Assembly: GCA_021789595.1 (NCBI GenBank)
Contig: JAJYJJ010000004.1
Location: 66,617-130,616, forward strand
From: Nitrospirota bacterium
GTDB lineage: Bacteria > Nitrospirota > Thermodesulfovibrionia > UBA6902 > JAJYJJ01
Direction of reading: 5' to 3'
Length of the DNA: 64,000 nt
This document shows, one piece after another, positions 49,464 through 58,077 of the stretch; positions within the stretch are counted from its first letter, which is position 1, and each line of letters begins with the position of its first letter. Made by a program: the position numbers and the translations under genes. The notes beneath the pieces are model-generated. The model was not told the DNA's origin, did not search any database, and saw nothing but the letters and a program-made list of their open reading frames with translations.

Positions 49464-49905
49464 GTTTCCTGATGCTGCGGTATTTTACAACAGCCCTGTA
49501 GATGAGGGGATAGCTCGCTATAGAGACCAGAATCCCAAGGATTATGGAGCCTACGAATGTTGGAAGAAATAGGGTTTTGAAATGTTCAAACAATGTAGTG
49601 AGATCTATGCTGTACCAATTTATTTTCGGAAGCCTCTTTGTTATTCCCAATAGCTTCTTTCCAATCCAGTAATCCAGTGTAAGGATTGGCACCATTGTCC
49701 ATGGGTTAGAGATATAGGCACCTATTATGGATGCAAGCTTATTGAGCCTGAACACCCATGCAATAAGAAGTGCTACTATCGTATGCGCTCCTATAAATGG
49801 GCTCATCCCTATAAATGCACCAATGGCAAATGCAAGGGCAATCTTATGAGGCGGGTCTGTTAATGCAAGCATGGCCCTTAATCGTTCTCTGAGGTTTATC
49901 CTCAT
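49450..49905 (-). CDS. DUF2062 membrane protein
   Basis: P.KIAL.FAIG.FIG..P..G.H, NK, SNPWT. Confidence 0.8.
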   Translation of the reverse strand: MRINLRERLRAMLALTDPPHKIALAFAIGAFIGMSPFIGAHTIVALLIAWVFRLNKLASIIGAYISNPWTMVPILTLDYWIGKKLLGITKRLPKINWYSIDLTTLFEHFKTLFLPTFVGSIILGILVSIASYPLIYRAVVKYRSIRKHEQG

Positions 49906-50934
49906 CTATCTCCTATCCCTGTTTCTATACCCTGCTGTCCTTTGTTTTCGGGTATGCGGTTTGAAGTGTTCGTAGCCTTCTGCCTCAAAGAACCTTTCCA
50001 TGCCATATTTATCAATGGCAACCCTTCCGCCCTGTGTTATCTCACCAATAATGGTTGCATCTACCTTTGAATCCATTGGAGCTGTAAAGAGCAGCTCATA
50101 GTCCTCTCCTCCGCTTAAGGCAAGTTCTACAGCATCACGGCCTGATATCCCCTCCCACTCCATGACCTCATCTGATAGAGGTATCTTATCAAGGTACAAC
50201 CTATATCCCACATGGCTCTCATCGCATATGTGCGAAAGGTCTATGAGCAGGCCGTCACTGATATCTATCATAGATGTTGCAACTGCTATGTAGGCCGATG
50301 GATCCCTTGGCTCGGGCATGAGGTGCCGCTTTATGGATGAGAAAAACCTCTTCCCTGAGATTACAGCACCTTTTCCATGCTCAACCCTCACATGCCTGCC
50401 GAGCTTCTCCAATATCCTCAGGCCGAGGGCTGAATCTCCGAGGGTTCCGGTCACAAAGATGCCGTCGCCTATCCTTGCATTGCAGCGCCTCAATGCCCTT
50501 TGCACCTCTCCAATAAGTGTCCCGCTGATAATAACCCCTTCCTTAGATTCGCATGTATCTCCGCCGATAAGGGATATCCCCTTTTCCCTGGCAAGCATAT
50601 CCATCCCGGCAAGCAGGCTGTCAAGATCCTCCTTCATATAATCACCTGGAAGACCAAGCCCGAGGAGGAAAAACCTTGGAGTCCCTCCCATTGCATAGAT
50701 GTCACTTATGTTTACAGCAAGACTCTTATAGCCAAGCTGAAAAGGGGTGGTGGTATCTATTGAAAAATGTATCCCCTCGATGAGCATGTCAACCGTGACC
50801 AGGAGGTTTTTACCAGAGGTTTTTATTATAGCAGCATCATCCCCTATACCAAGAATGATGTCATTCGTCCTGGTATTAAAAGACTCCTGTATCTGTCTTA
50901 TAACGGAAAATTCTCCTATGCTGGAGAGTCTCAT
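49906..50934 (-). CDS. thiL: Thiamine-monophosphate kinase
   Basis: GEF..I, GIGDDAA, NISDI.AMGG.P, IDISDGL, GGEDYEL, GYEHF. Confidence 0.95.
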   Translation of the reverse strand: MRLSSIGEFSVIRQIQESFNTRTNDIILGIGDDAAIIKTSGKNLLVTVDMLIEGIHFSIDTTTPFQLGYKSLAVNISDIYAMGGTPRFFLLGLGLPGDYMKEDLDSLLAGMDMLAREKGISLIGGDTCESKEGVIISGTLIGEVQRALRRCNARIGDGIFVTGTLGDSALGLRILEKLGRHVRVEHGKGAVISGKRFFSSIKRHLMPEPRDPSAYIAVATSMIDISDGLLIDLSHICDESHVGYRLYLDKIPLSDEVMEWEGISGRDAVELALSGGEDYELLFTAPMDSKVDATIIGEITQGGRVAIDKYGMERFFEAEGYEHFKPHTRKQRTAGYRNRDRR

Positions 50935-50957
50935 TTTATATTAACGGTTCTTGACAT

Positions 50958-53333
50958 CTATGGCCCATCATTTCTTGATGCCTTTTTTGAATTTTTCTTA
51001 AGCGCTGCCTTAAGGACATCATCCATAGTCTCTGCGAGGATGAATTCCATATCCTTTCTTATGTATTTCGGGATATCCTCAAGGTCCTTCTTGTTCCTTT
51101 TTGGGATTATAATCCTTCGTATCCCTGCCCTCTTTGCAGCAAGGCTCTTTTCCTTTAGCCCGCCTATGGGTAAAACCCTTCCCCTTAGAGTAACCTCGCC
51201 GGTCATTGCAATATCCTTGTCAACAGACCTGCCTGTAAGCGCTGATGCAAGGGCAGTTGCTATGGTTATTCCTGCGGATGGGCCGTCCTTTGGTATTGCT
51301 CCAGCAGGTACATGCACATGGATATCACTCCGTGAGAACATATCCACATTTATGCCGAGGTTTTTTGCCCTTGCCCGTACGTAGCTTAATGCTGCCTGTG
51401 CAGATTCCTTCATCACATCGCCAAGGTGCCCGGTAAGGGTCAGATGCCCCTTCCCCTTCATTGTGGTTGCTTCAATGTAGATTATATCTCCGCCTGACTC
51501 TGTCCATGCAAGCCCTGTGGCAACACCAACCTCGTCCTTTTCCCTTTCCTCCTCAGGAAGAAATTTAGGCACCCCAAGATACTTATGAAGGTTTCGGGGC
51601 GTAATGTGGTAGGTTATCTCTTTGCCCTCTGCTATCCTCCTTGCAACCTTTCTGCAGAGGTTTGCTATCTCCCTTTCGAGGTTTCTTACCCCTGCTTCCC
51701 GTGTGTACTGGGATATTATATGTTTGAGTGCCTCATCCGTTATCTTCAGATTCTTATCGCTCAGTCCGTGCTCTTCAAGCTGTTTCGAGATGAGGTAGTT
51801 TTTTGCAATGCCGAGCTTCTCTTCCTCTGTATAACCTGACAGGGTTATTATCTCCATCCTGTCCCTTAGAGGTGATGGTATTGGGTCTATAAGATTGCCT
51901 GTTGTTATGAACATGACATTGCTCAGGTCAAAGGGAACACCCAGGTAGTGGTCAACGAATGCAGAGTTCTGCTCGGGGTCAAGGACCTCAAGCAGGGCCG
52001 ATGCCGGGTCGCCCCTGAAGTCCATTCCTATCTTATCCACCTCATCAAGCATTAAAACAGGGTTGTTTGTGCCTGCGGTCTTTATGCCCTGGATTATCCT
52101 TCCTGGGAGTGCACCGACATATGTCCTTCTATGTCCCCTTATCTCTGCCTCATCCTTCATGCCTCCAAGGGACATCCTTACAAACTCCCTTCCCAATGCC
52201 CTTGCGATTGAGCGGCCAAGGGATGTCTTGCCAACCCCTGGGGGACCTATGAAACAGAGGATCGGACCTTTCATTTTTTCCTTGAGCTTTCTTACCCCAA
52301 GGTATTCGAGGATCCTCTCCTTTACCTTTTCAAGGTCGTAATGGTCATCGTCAAGGACCTTTTTTGCTGTCTTGAGGTCAATGTTATCCTTTGTACTCTT
52401 TGACCACGGCAACTCAACAAGCCAGTCTATATATGTCCTTATGGTGGCAGCCTCTGCAGAATCAGGATGCATCTTTTCAAGGCGCTTCAACTGTTTTTCT
52501 GCCTCCTTCTGCACCTTTTCTGGCATCTTGGCCTCTTCCATCTTGTTCCTCATATCCTGTATATCCTCGGCCCTTTCGTCTATCTCGCCAAGCTCCTTCT
52601 GTATTGCCTTGAGCTGCTCGCGCAGGAAGTATTCTCTCTGGGTTTTGTCTATCTCGCCCCGCGCCTCTGATTGGATCTTCTGCTGTACAAGTAAAAGCTC
52701 TACCTCTCTGTTGAGTATTTCGCTTATCTTTTTGAGCCTTGCCAGGGGGTCGGACATCTCGAGGACCTCCTGTGCCTGTTCTGCCTTCAGTCCAAGGTTT
52801 GATGCAACGAGGTCAGCCATGCGGCCTGGCTCGTCGAGGTTTTCTATGACCACCATTATATCAGGCAGCATGGCCTTGCCGAGGGTCACTGTCTTATCGA
52901 GATTTTCCTTTACATTACGCATTAGCGCCTCTGCCTCCAGAGTAAGCTCTGGAAGCTTAGGGTCGATGATCTTCTCTATGTTTCCCATATAGAAGGGTTC
53001 TCTCTGTGTGTAGTTCAGGATTCTTGCCTTTGCAAGGCCCTGTACCAATATCTTTATCCTGCCATCAGGCAGTTTCAGCATCCTCATTATCAGGCCGACA
53101 GTGCCTACAGCATAGAGATCCTCTGGAGCAGGGTTTTCTATATTCAGGTCTTTCTGTGTTACAAGCATGACCATCCTGTTACCGGAAAGGGCGCTGTCAA
53201 TGGCCTTTATTGACATGTCCCTGCCCACAAAGAGCGGCAGGATCATATAGGGGAAAATGACTATATCCCTTACGGGTAAGATGGGTAGTTGCCCTGGTAT
53301 CTCGGTTTGTTCGTCTTTATCTATATCTGCCAT
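50958..53333 (-). CDS. lon: Lon protease
   Basis: N-domain, [30 protein letters not shown]. Confidence 0.96.
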   Translation of the reverse strand: MADIDKDEQTEIPGQLPILPVRDIVIFPYMILPLFVGRDMSIKAIDSALSGNRMVMLVTQKDLNIENPAPEDLYAVGTVGLIMRMLKLPDGRIKILVQGLAKARILNYTQREPFYMGNIEKIIDPKLPELTLEAEALMRNVKENLDKTVTLGKAMLPDIMVVIENLDEPGRMADLVASNLGLKAEQAQEVLEMSDPLARLKKISEILNREVELLLVQQKIQSEARGEIDKTQREYFLREQLKAIQKELGEIDERAEDIQDMRNKMEEAKMPEKVQKEAEKQLKRLEKMHPDSAEAATIRTYIDWLVELPWSKSTKDNIDLKTAKKVLDDDHYDLEKVKERILEYLGVRKLKEKMKGPILCFIGPPGVGKTSLGRSIARALGREFVRMSLGGMKDEAEIRGHRRTYVGALPGRIIQGIKTAGTNNPVLMLDEVDKIGMDFRGDPASALLEVLDPEQNSAFVDHYLGVPFDLSNVMFITTGNLIDPIPSPLRDRMEIITLSGYTEEEKLGIAKNYLISKQLEEHGLSDKNLKITDEALKHIISQYTREAGVRNLEREIANLCRKVARRIAEGKEITYHITPRNLHKYLGVPKFLPEEEREKDEVGVATGLAWTESGGDIIYIEATTMKGKGHLTLTGHLGDVMKESAQAALSYVRARAKNLGINVDMFSRSDIHVHVPAGAIPKDGPSAGITIATALASALTGRSVDKDIAMTGEVTLRGRVLPIGGLKEKSLAAKRAGIRRIIIPKRNKKDLEDIPKYIRKDMEFILAETMDDVLKAALKKNSKKASRNDGP

Positions 53334-53353
53334 AAAACCTCCTCGGAACTATT

Positions 53354-53731
53354 TTACTGTTTTTCTATATCGATCTTTATAATCCTGTGGATTGCTTTTG
53401 GAAAATTTATCCTCAGGACGCCATCGATGTAAGAGGCCTTTCCTTCAGACAGGTTTACAGGATGTGGAAACCGTATAATCCTCCGAAAACTCTCGAACGA
53501 CCTCTCCATACATATATAGTTGAGCCTTTTTTCTTCTGCCTTTTCTCTTTTTATTCCTTCAAGCATAAGGAATTCGTTTGCAACCTTTATTGATATATCA
53601 TCAGGCTCTACACCAGGCAGGTCGACCTCTATAACAATCTCATCTGTCGTCTCATAGAGGTCAATCAGCGGTGTACCTGTATCACCCATCATAAATGGAT
53701 AGGACAATATATTCTCAATAATCCATTCCAC
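53354..53731 (-). CDS. Hsp20/alpha-crystallin small heat shock protein
   Basis: P.IDLYET, DLPGV, ERSF..FRR, A.Y.DGVL.I. Confidence 0.88.
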   Translation of the reverse strand: MEWIIENILSYPFMMGDTGTPLIDLYETTDEIVIEVDLPGVEPDDISIKVANEFLMLEGIKREKAEEKRLNYICMERSFESFRRIIRFPHPVNLSEGKASYIDGVLRINFPKAIHRIIKIDIEKQ

Positions 53732-54606
53732 TATGTCCCCCTGACAATAGAATCAAGGTGTCTTCTGAACGGCACAGAGAGTTTTGGATCCTTGAGGGCA
53801 AGCTCGACAGTGGCCTTCAGGAATCCGAGTTTATCCCCTGCATCATAGCGTTTACCCTTAAATAGATAACCGTATAACGGTATTCTACCCATAATGGCCT
53901 TAAGTCCATCTGTAAGTTGTATCTCGCCATCCTTCCCTGACTGGACAGACTGAAGCGCATCAAATATATCAGGAGTAAGGATGTATCTGCCTATGATTGC
54001 GAGGTTTGACGGTGCATCCTTCTTATGCGGTTTTTCCACAAGGTCTTTGATCCTGAAAAGCCCATCCTCTATCTCCTCTCCTTTTTCTATAATACCGTAT
54101 CTATGGACATCGTCTTCTGGCACGGCCTCAAGTGCAATAACAGGACAGAGAAGCCTATCATATATGGAGATCATCCGGCCAAGAAGGTTATCATCCGGGT
54201 CTATTATATCATCGCTTAACAGCACTGCAAACGGTTCATCCTTCACAAACGGCCTTGCACAGAGGATGGCATGGCCGAGGCCGAGGGGATGCCTCTGTCT
54301 TATGTATGCAAAGTTCAGGTGGTTGAGCCTTTGCACCTCTTCAAGGAGGGCGTCCTTCCCTTTCTTTCTCAGGTTCTCCTCGAGTTCGAATGCAGAGTCG
54401 AAATGGTCCTCGATCGCCCGCTTATATTTGCCTGTAATAAACAGGAATTCCTCTAAGCCGCAGCGATTGGCCTCTTCAACAGCATACTGTATCATAGGCT
54501 TATCTACTACTGGCAGCATCTCTTTCGGAGAGGCCTTGGTCGCTGGCAGAAACCTTGTGCCAAGACCTGCTGCAGGCAGTATCGCTTTTTTAACCCTTTT
54601 CTCCAA
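53731..54606 (-). CDS. galU: UTP--glucose-1-phosphate uridylyltransferase
   Basis: PAAGLGTRFLPATKA.PKEMLP, LGLGHA, VEKP, GEIQLTD. TTG start after GAGGAG. Confidence 0.95.
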   Translation of the reverse strand: MEKRVKKAILPAAGLGTRFLPATKASPKEMLPVVDKPMIQYAVEEANRCGLEEFLFITGKYKRAIEDHFDSAFELEENLRKKGKDALLEEVQRLNHLNFAYIRQRHPLGLGHAILCARPFVKDEPFAVLLSDDIIDPDDNLLGRMISIYDRLLCPVIALEAVPEDDVHRYGIIEKGEEIEDGLFRIKDLVEKPHKKDAPSNLAIIGRYILTPDIFDALQSVQSGKDGEIQLTDGLKAIMGRIPLYGYLFKGKRYDAGDKLGFLKATVELALKDPKLSVPFRRHLDSIVRGT

Positions 54607-54784
54607 GAAGCTCCTCGAGTGATAAGATTCCTGTCAGGTTTGACCCTAAAAACCATAGATATTATAGCACAAACCAGGGCAGATAAGCCTAAGATAAAAT
54701 ACTATCCCATTAGAGCCCTGTTAGGTAGACGTATGTTAAGCAGATGACAGTACTGCCGTGTCTGAAGGTATAGGGATGGGCACT

Positions 54785-54924
54785 TTACTAATGCGGTCAT
54801 AAGTAAGAAGACATTACCAGTCCTTTTCTGTCATTGCGGCTTGTCCGCAATCCTTCTGAAAAAGAAAGATTCCCGACAAGCGGGAATGACACTCATGTTA
54901 CCATACTTATGCACTTCTTAGTAA
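54785..54924. repeat. Nested palindromic element (outer imperfect IR, inner GTCATT...GAATGAC REP doublet)
   Basis: Outer TTACTAATGCGGTCATAAGTA / TACTTATGCACTTCTTAGTAA. Inner TGTCATTGCGGCTTGTCCGCAATC...GATTCCCGACAAGCGGGAATGACA (54829-54891). Confidence 0.65.
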
Positions 54925-54973
54925 CTACTAAATTTGTGTTAAAATGTCTTATGCGAAAGGATGAAGGGTATTC

Positions 54974-56119
54974 GTGTTTGACAGAGAGCTTGATGAATTA
55001 AGGGTTGCGGGCCTTTCGAGGGAGCTAAGGTCAATCTCTGGAGCACAGGGCCCAAGGGTTGTAATAAACAGCAGGCAATACATCAACTTTTCCTCCAATG
55101 ATTATCTCGGCCTTGCAAACCATCCCGGCATAATCAAGGCTGCAAAAAAGGCAATGGAGGATTTTGGTTTTGGCGCATGTGCATCGAGGCTCCTTGCAGG
55201 GGGAAGTATAGTGCATAAGGAGCTTGAAGAGGAGGTTGCAAGGTTCAAACGCACAGAGGCTGCAATTGTCTTTAACTCAGGCTATGCAGCCAACACAGGC
55301 GCAATCCCATCCATTGCAAGGGATGGAGATGCCATATTCAGCGATGAGCTAAACCACGCAAGTATTATAGATGGCTGCAGATTGAGCAGGGCAAAGACCT
55401 ATGTTTACCGACACAGGGATGTAGAAAATCTTGCCGGGCTATTACAGGACACATCAGCGAAACGGAAGGTTGTGATAACCGATACTGTCTTCAGCATGGA
55501 CGGAGATATTGCACCGCTCAAAGACATCTATGGGCTATGCAGAAAACACAGTGCCATACTATACATTGACGATGCACATGGAACCGGTACAATTGGAGAC
55601 GGCATGGGCGCCCTCACACATTTTAATATTAAGCCAGAGCCGTGGATAATCCAGATGGGCACATTTTCAAAGGCACTTGGCTCATACGGTGCATTCATAG
55701 CCGGCAGTAAGGATGTCATAGAGTGGATTGTTAATACCGCAAGGAGTTTTATATTCTCAACTGCCCTACCTTCATGTATAGCATCTGCATCCATTGCAGC
55801 ATTAAAACTTATAGAAAACGATGATAGGCCAGTAAAAAAACTGTGGGCAAACAGGGATAAGCTCATCAGTGGAATTAAGGATAGAGGCTATGACATCATG
55901 GGAAGCGAGACGCCGATCATACCAGTCATGACTGGAGATATAGATAGTACGCTGAGGATTTCAGACTATCTCTTCAGTAATGGCATATATGCCCCTGCCA
56001 TAAGACCGCCTACTGTAACGGCCCCAAGGATAAGGATAACCGTGACGGCAGCTCACAGCGATGAGGATATTGAAGGGCTTTTAGATGCATTACAAGGGAT
56101 TGGCAGTTATCGGGTTTAG
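54974..56119 (+). CDS. bioF: 8-amino-7-oxononanoate synthase
   Basis: FSSNDYLGL, SGYAAN, NHASIIDG, FSMDGD, DDAH, GTFSKA, AIRPPTV. Confidence 0.92.
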   Translation: MFDRELDELRVAGLSRELRSISGAQGPRVVINSRQYINFSSNDYLGLANHPGIIKAAKKAMEDFGFGACASRLLAGGSIVHKELEEEVARFKRTEAAIVFNSGYAANTGAIPSIARDGDAIFSDELNHASIIDGCRLSRAKTYVYRHRDVENLAGLLQDTSAKRKVVITDTVFSMDGDIAPLKDIYGLCRKHSAILYIDDAHGTGTIGDGMGALTHFNIKPEPWIIQMGTFSKALGSYGAFIAGSKDVIEWIVNTARSFIFSTALPSCIASASIAALKLIENDDRPVKKLWANRDKLISGIKDRGYDIMGSETPIIPVMTGDIDSTLRISDYLFSNGIYAPAIRPPTVTAPRIRITVTAAHSDEDIEGLLDALQGIGSYRV

Positions 56120-56157
56120 TGGTAATATTTAGATTATAAAAACAAGGAGGGGATCTT

Positions 56158-56646
56158 ATGAACGAGGCAGTTGAGACAGCCATAAAGATGGAGACAGATG
56201 CAGTAGCCTTTTATAAGGATGCTGCTGAAAAGACAGAACATCCATTCGGCAGGAAGATGTTCAGCAGCTTTATACTGGATGAGACAAGACACCTCAAGAT
56301 GTTAGAGGCCATTTTAAAAGGGCTTGACATCACGATAGGAGATGTTAGCCCAAAGGAGTCTATAAAAACAGTGTTCTCTGAACTCAGAGGCGAGATGCTT
56401 GAAAGAATCCATGCGACCACAAACGAGCTTGATGCAATCAGGCTTGCAATGGACATGGAGGACAGGGGATTCAAATTCTATAAGATGCAGAGTGAGAAGC
56501 TTACAGACCCGAAGGAGAAGGCCCTTTTCATCAGGCTTACAAAAGAGGAGGAGGAACACTTTAACATATTACAGAATACCTATTCCTTTATCAATAATAT
56601 AGGGGATTGGTTTTTGTGGGAGGAAAGGGGAATACTCGAGGGTTGA
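56158..56646 (+). CDS. Rubrerythrin-like ferritin-family protein
   Basis: Two repeats of A..ME....FY and E..H. Confidence 0.82.
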   Translation: MNEAVETAIKMETDAVAFYKDAAEKTEHPFGRKMFSSFILDETRHLKMLEAILKGLDITIGDVSPKESIKTVFSELRGEMLERIHATTNELDAIRLAMDMEDRGFKFYKMQSEKLTDPKEKALFIRLTKEEEEHFNILQNTYSFINNIGDWFLWEERGILEG

Positions 56647-56716
56647 TGGAGGAGCCATCTTAATTTTGAAAGATCGACTAATGAAACACACATGTTTCAT
56701 AGAGACACAAAGGGTA

Positions 56717-56824
56717 ATGAAAATCTCCCCTAACCCCTCTTTTTCAAAGAGGGGGATATTAGAAGGAACTCCAATTATTCCCCCCTTTAACAAAGGGGGG
56801 CGAGGGGGGATTTTCAGGTGAAAA
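56717..56824. repeat. Double-hairpin CCCCTTT/AAAGGGG palindromic repeat
   Basis: aatctcccctaacccctctttttcaaagaggggg...cccccctttaacaaaggggggcgagggggattttcaggtgaaaa. Confidence 0.7.
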
Positions 56825-57399
56825 TACTGGCATTTCAGGGCAGCCCGAGGATAGAAGGCAATACAGACATGCTCCTGAAAGAGACATTAAAGCCGGTATA
56901 CGAATCAGGGCATGAGATCAGGTTATTCAAGCTCAATTACATGAACATAAAGCCCTGTCAGGACTGCAGTGGATGCGACAAAACAGGTGAATGCATAATA
57001 AATGATGACATGGATGGAATATATGACGCAATCAGGGAGGCCGACAGGATAATCCTCGCCTCCCCAATCTTTTTCTTTGGTCTCAGCGCACAGTCAAAGA
57101 TAATGATAGACAGATGTCAGGCATTCTGGTGCGAGAAATATCTGTTAAAAAGACCTATCCCTGAAGGTCGCTATGGAAGAAAGGGGCTTTTACTGCTTGT
57201 TGGGGGGATGAAGAAAGAGATAGGGATTCAATGTGCAGAGACAACTGCAAAGGCATTCTTCAGAACCATAAGCGTGTCTGAACATTCTACGCTGAGTTTT
57301 CTTGGCATAGATGTAAAGGGTGCAATACTTCAGCATCCAACAGCATTAAAGGACGCCTGTTCGGCAGGGAAGCGGCTTATCCATCTTTCCTTTGAGTGA
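56818..57399 (+). CDS. Iron-sulfur flavoprotein / flavodoxin family
   Basis: GSPR..GNT, compact PCQDCSGC.....C cluster motif, SPIFF, IDR. Confidence 0.87.
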   Translation: MKILAFQGSPRIEGNTDMLLKETLKPVYESGHEIRLFKLNYMNIKPCQDCSGCDKTGECIINDDMDGIYDAIREADRIILASPIFFFGLSAQSKIMIDRCQAFWCEKYLLKRPIPEGRYGRKGLLLLVGGMKKEIGIQCAETTAKAFFRTISVSEHSTLSFLGIDVKGAILQHPTALKDACSAGKRLIHLSFE

Positions 57400-57432
57400 T
57401 AGTAGGTATAAAGAAGGGATTAAGAAATAGAT

Positions 57433-57464
57433 CACTGGCGGGAATGCTGTCATTCCCGCCAGTG
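57433..57464. terminator. GC-rich hairpin between convergent genes (REP-related, probable terminator)
   Basis: CACTGGCGGGAATG-CTGT-CATTCCCGCCAGTG 14-bp stem. Shares GCGGGAATG with the 54829-54891 element. No clear U tract. Confidence 0.55.
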
Positions 57465-57492
57465 GTGAGTGGAATCCGAACGACCGACCGCA

Positions 57493-57813
57493 TCAGCCTC
57501 CGATGTAACCCCCGGAAACTGGCTCCTTTTCGAGCGGCTCTTTCTGCACACCTACGGAAGCTGTCCTTTCGACATCACTGGCGTACCCGGTCCAGTCAAA
57601 TGGGCAGACTTTCGTCAGTATCTCCAGCTTCCAGTCGATAAAGTTGACGATCTCGCGGAAATGTGGGATATGGGATTTCAGTATGTCCTTCTCGGACCCT
57701 GTCATCTGTTCGATTTCTGTCACAAAGCCAAGCAACCTTGACTTCATGCCGGAAAGTTCTTTGTACATTGAATCGCAGTAGTTCCTGAATCCTATGTCTT
57801 TTGCACTCACCAT
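57493..57813 (-). CDS. Hypothetical 106-aa helical protein ending GGYIGG (riboswitch-controlled)
   Basis: ATG 57813 after GGAAAGGAGG. YCD..YKELSGMK and VCPFDW motifs. Confidence 0.8.
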   Translation of the reverse strand: MVSAKDIGFRNYCDSMYKELSGMKSRLLGFVTEIEQMTGSEKDILKSHIPHFREIVNFIDWKLEILTKVCPFDWTGYASDVERTASVGVQKEPLEKEPVSGGYIGG

Positions 57814-57851
57814 AGTTGCCTCCTTTCCCTTGGCCACAAAGGCCTGATAAT

Positions 57852-57899
57852 AAAAAACCGAGCATGCCGAAGATTTCTGTGAATCCTTCGGCAACTCGG
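57852..57899 (-). terminator. Riboswitch expression-platform terminator
   Basis: Minus strand CCGAGTTGCCGAAGGATT-CACAG-AAATCTTCGGCATGCTCGG-TTTTTT, overlapping the aptamer 3' strand. Confidence 0.82.
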
Positions 57900-57971
57900 C
57901 CATGCTGAAACCTGTTCAGCACCCGCCGCTTTCCGCCCCCCTCTTTCGAGGGTTTAGCTTTTTCGGGAAGA
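57885..57971 (-). ncRNA. c-di-GMP-I (GEMM-I) riboswitch aptamer
   Basis: Minus strand CCGAAAAAGCTAAACC-CTC-GAAA-GAG-GGGGGCGGAAAGC...GGGTGCTGAA..TTCAGCATGGCCGAGTTGCCGAAG. Has the AAAC P2 base, GNRA loop, CGGAAAGC junction and TGCCGAA 3' end. Confidence 0.85.
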
Positions 57972-57989
57972 GCACATCTTCTTAAAACT

Positions 57990-58046
57990 ATTTTAACTCT
58001 CTTCTTCGACACTGTCAACTATTTTTATAAGTTATTTTTATAAGTT
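57990..58046 (-). promoter_or_regulatory. Sigma70 promoter with upstream 13-bp tandem repeat
   Basis: TTGACA(58018-58013)-N17-TAAAAT(57995-57990). AACTTATAAAAAT x2 at 58046-58021. Confidence 0.7.
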
Positions 58047-58077
58047 AAAGACATTTACGACATTCCTCTATTTTCGA

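Noticed and set aside
56569..56793. 74-aa ORF MLKGGIIG...
   Set aside because: Translation of the palindromic repeat, antisense to a real gene end.
57885..57971. Riboswitch as a cGAMP-specific (GEMM-Ib) variant
   Set aside because: The specificity nucleotide is G, not A. Kept as c-di-GMP-I pending an assay.
57596..58018. 140-aa ORF and the 30-aa N-terminal extension of 57493-57903
   Set aside because: Both run through the promoter, aptamer or terminator. The real start is ATG 57813 with a strong SD.
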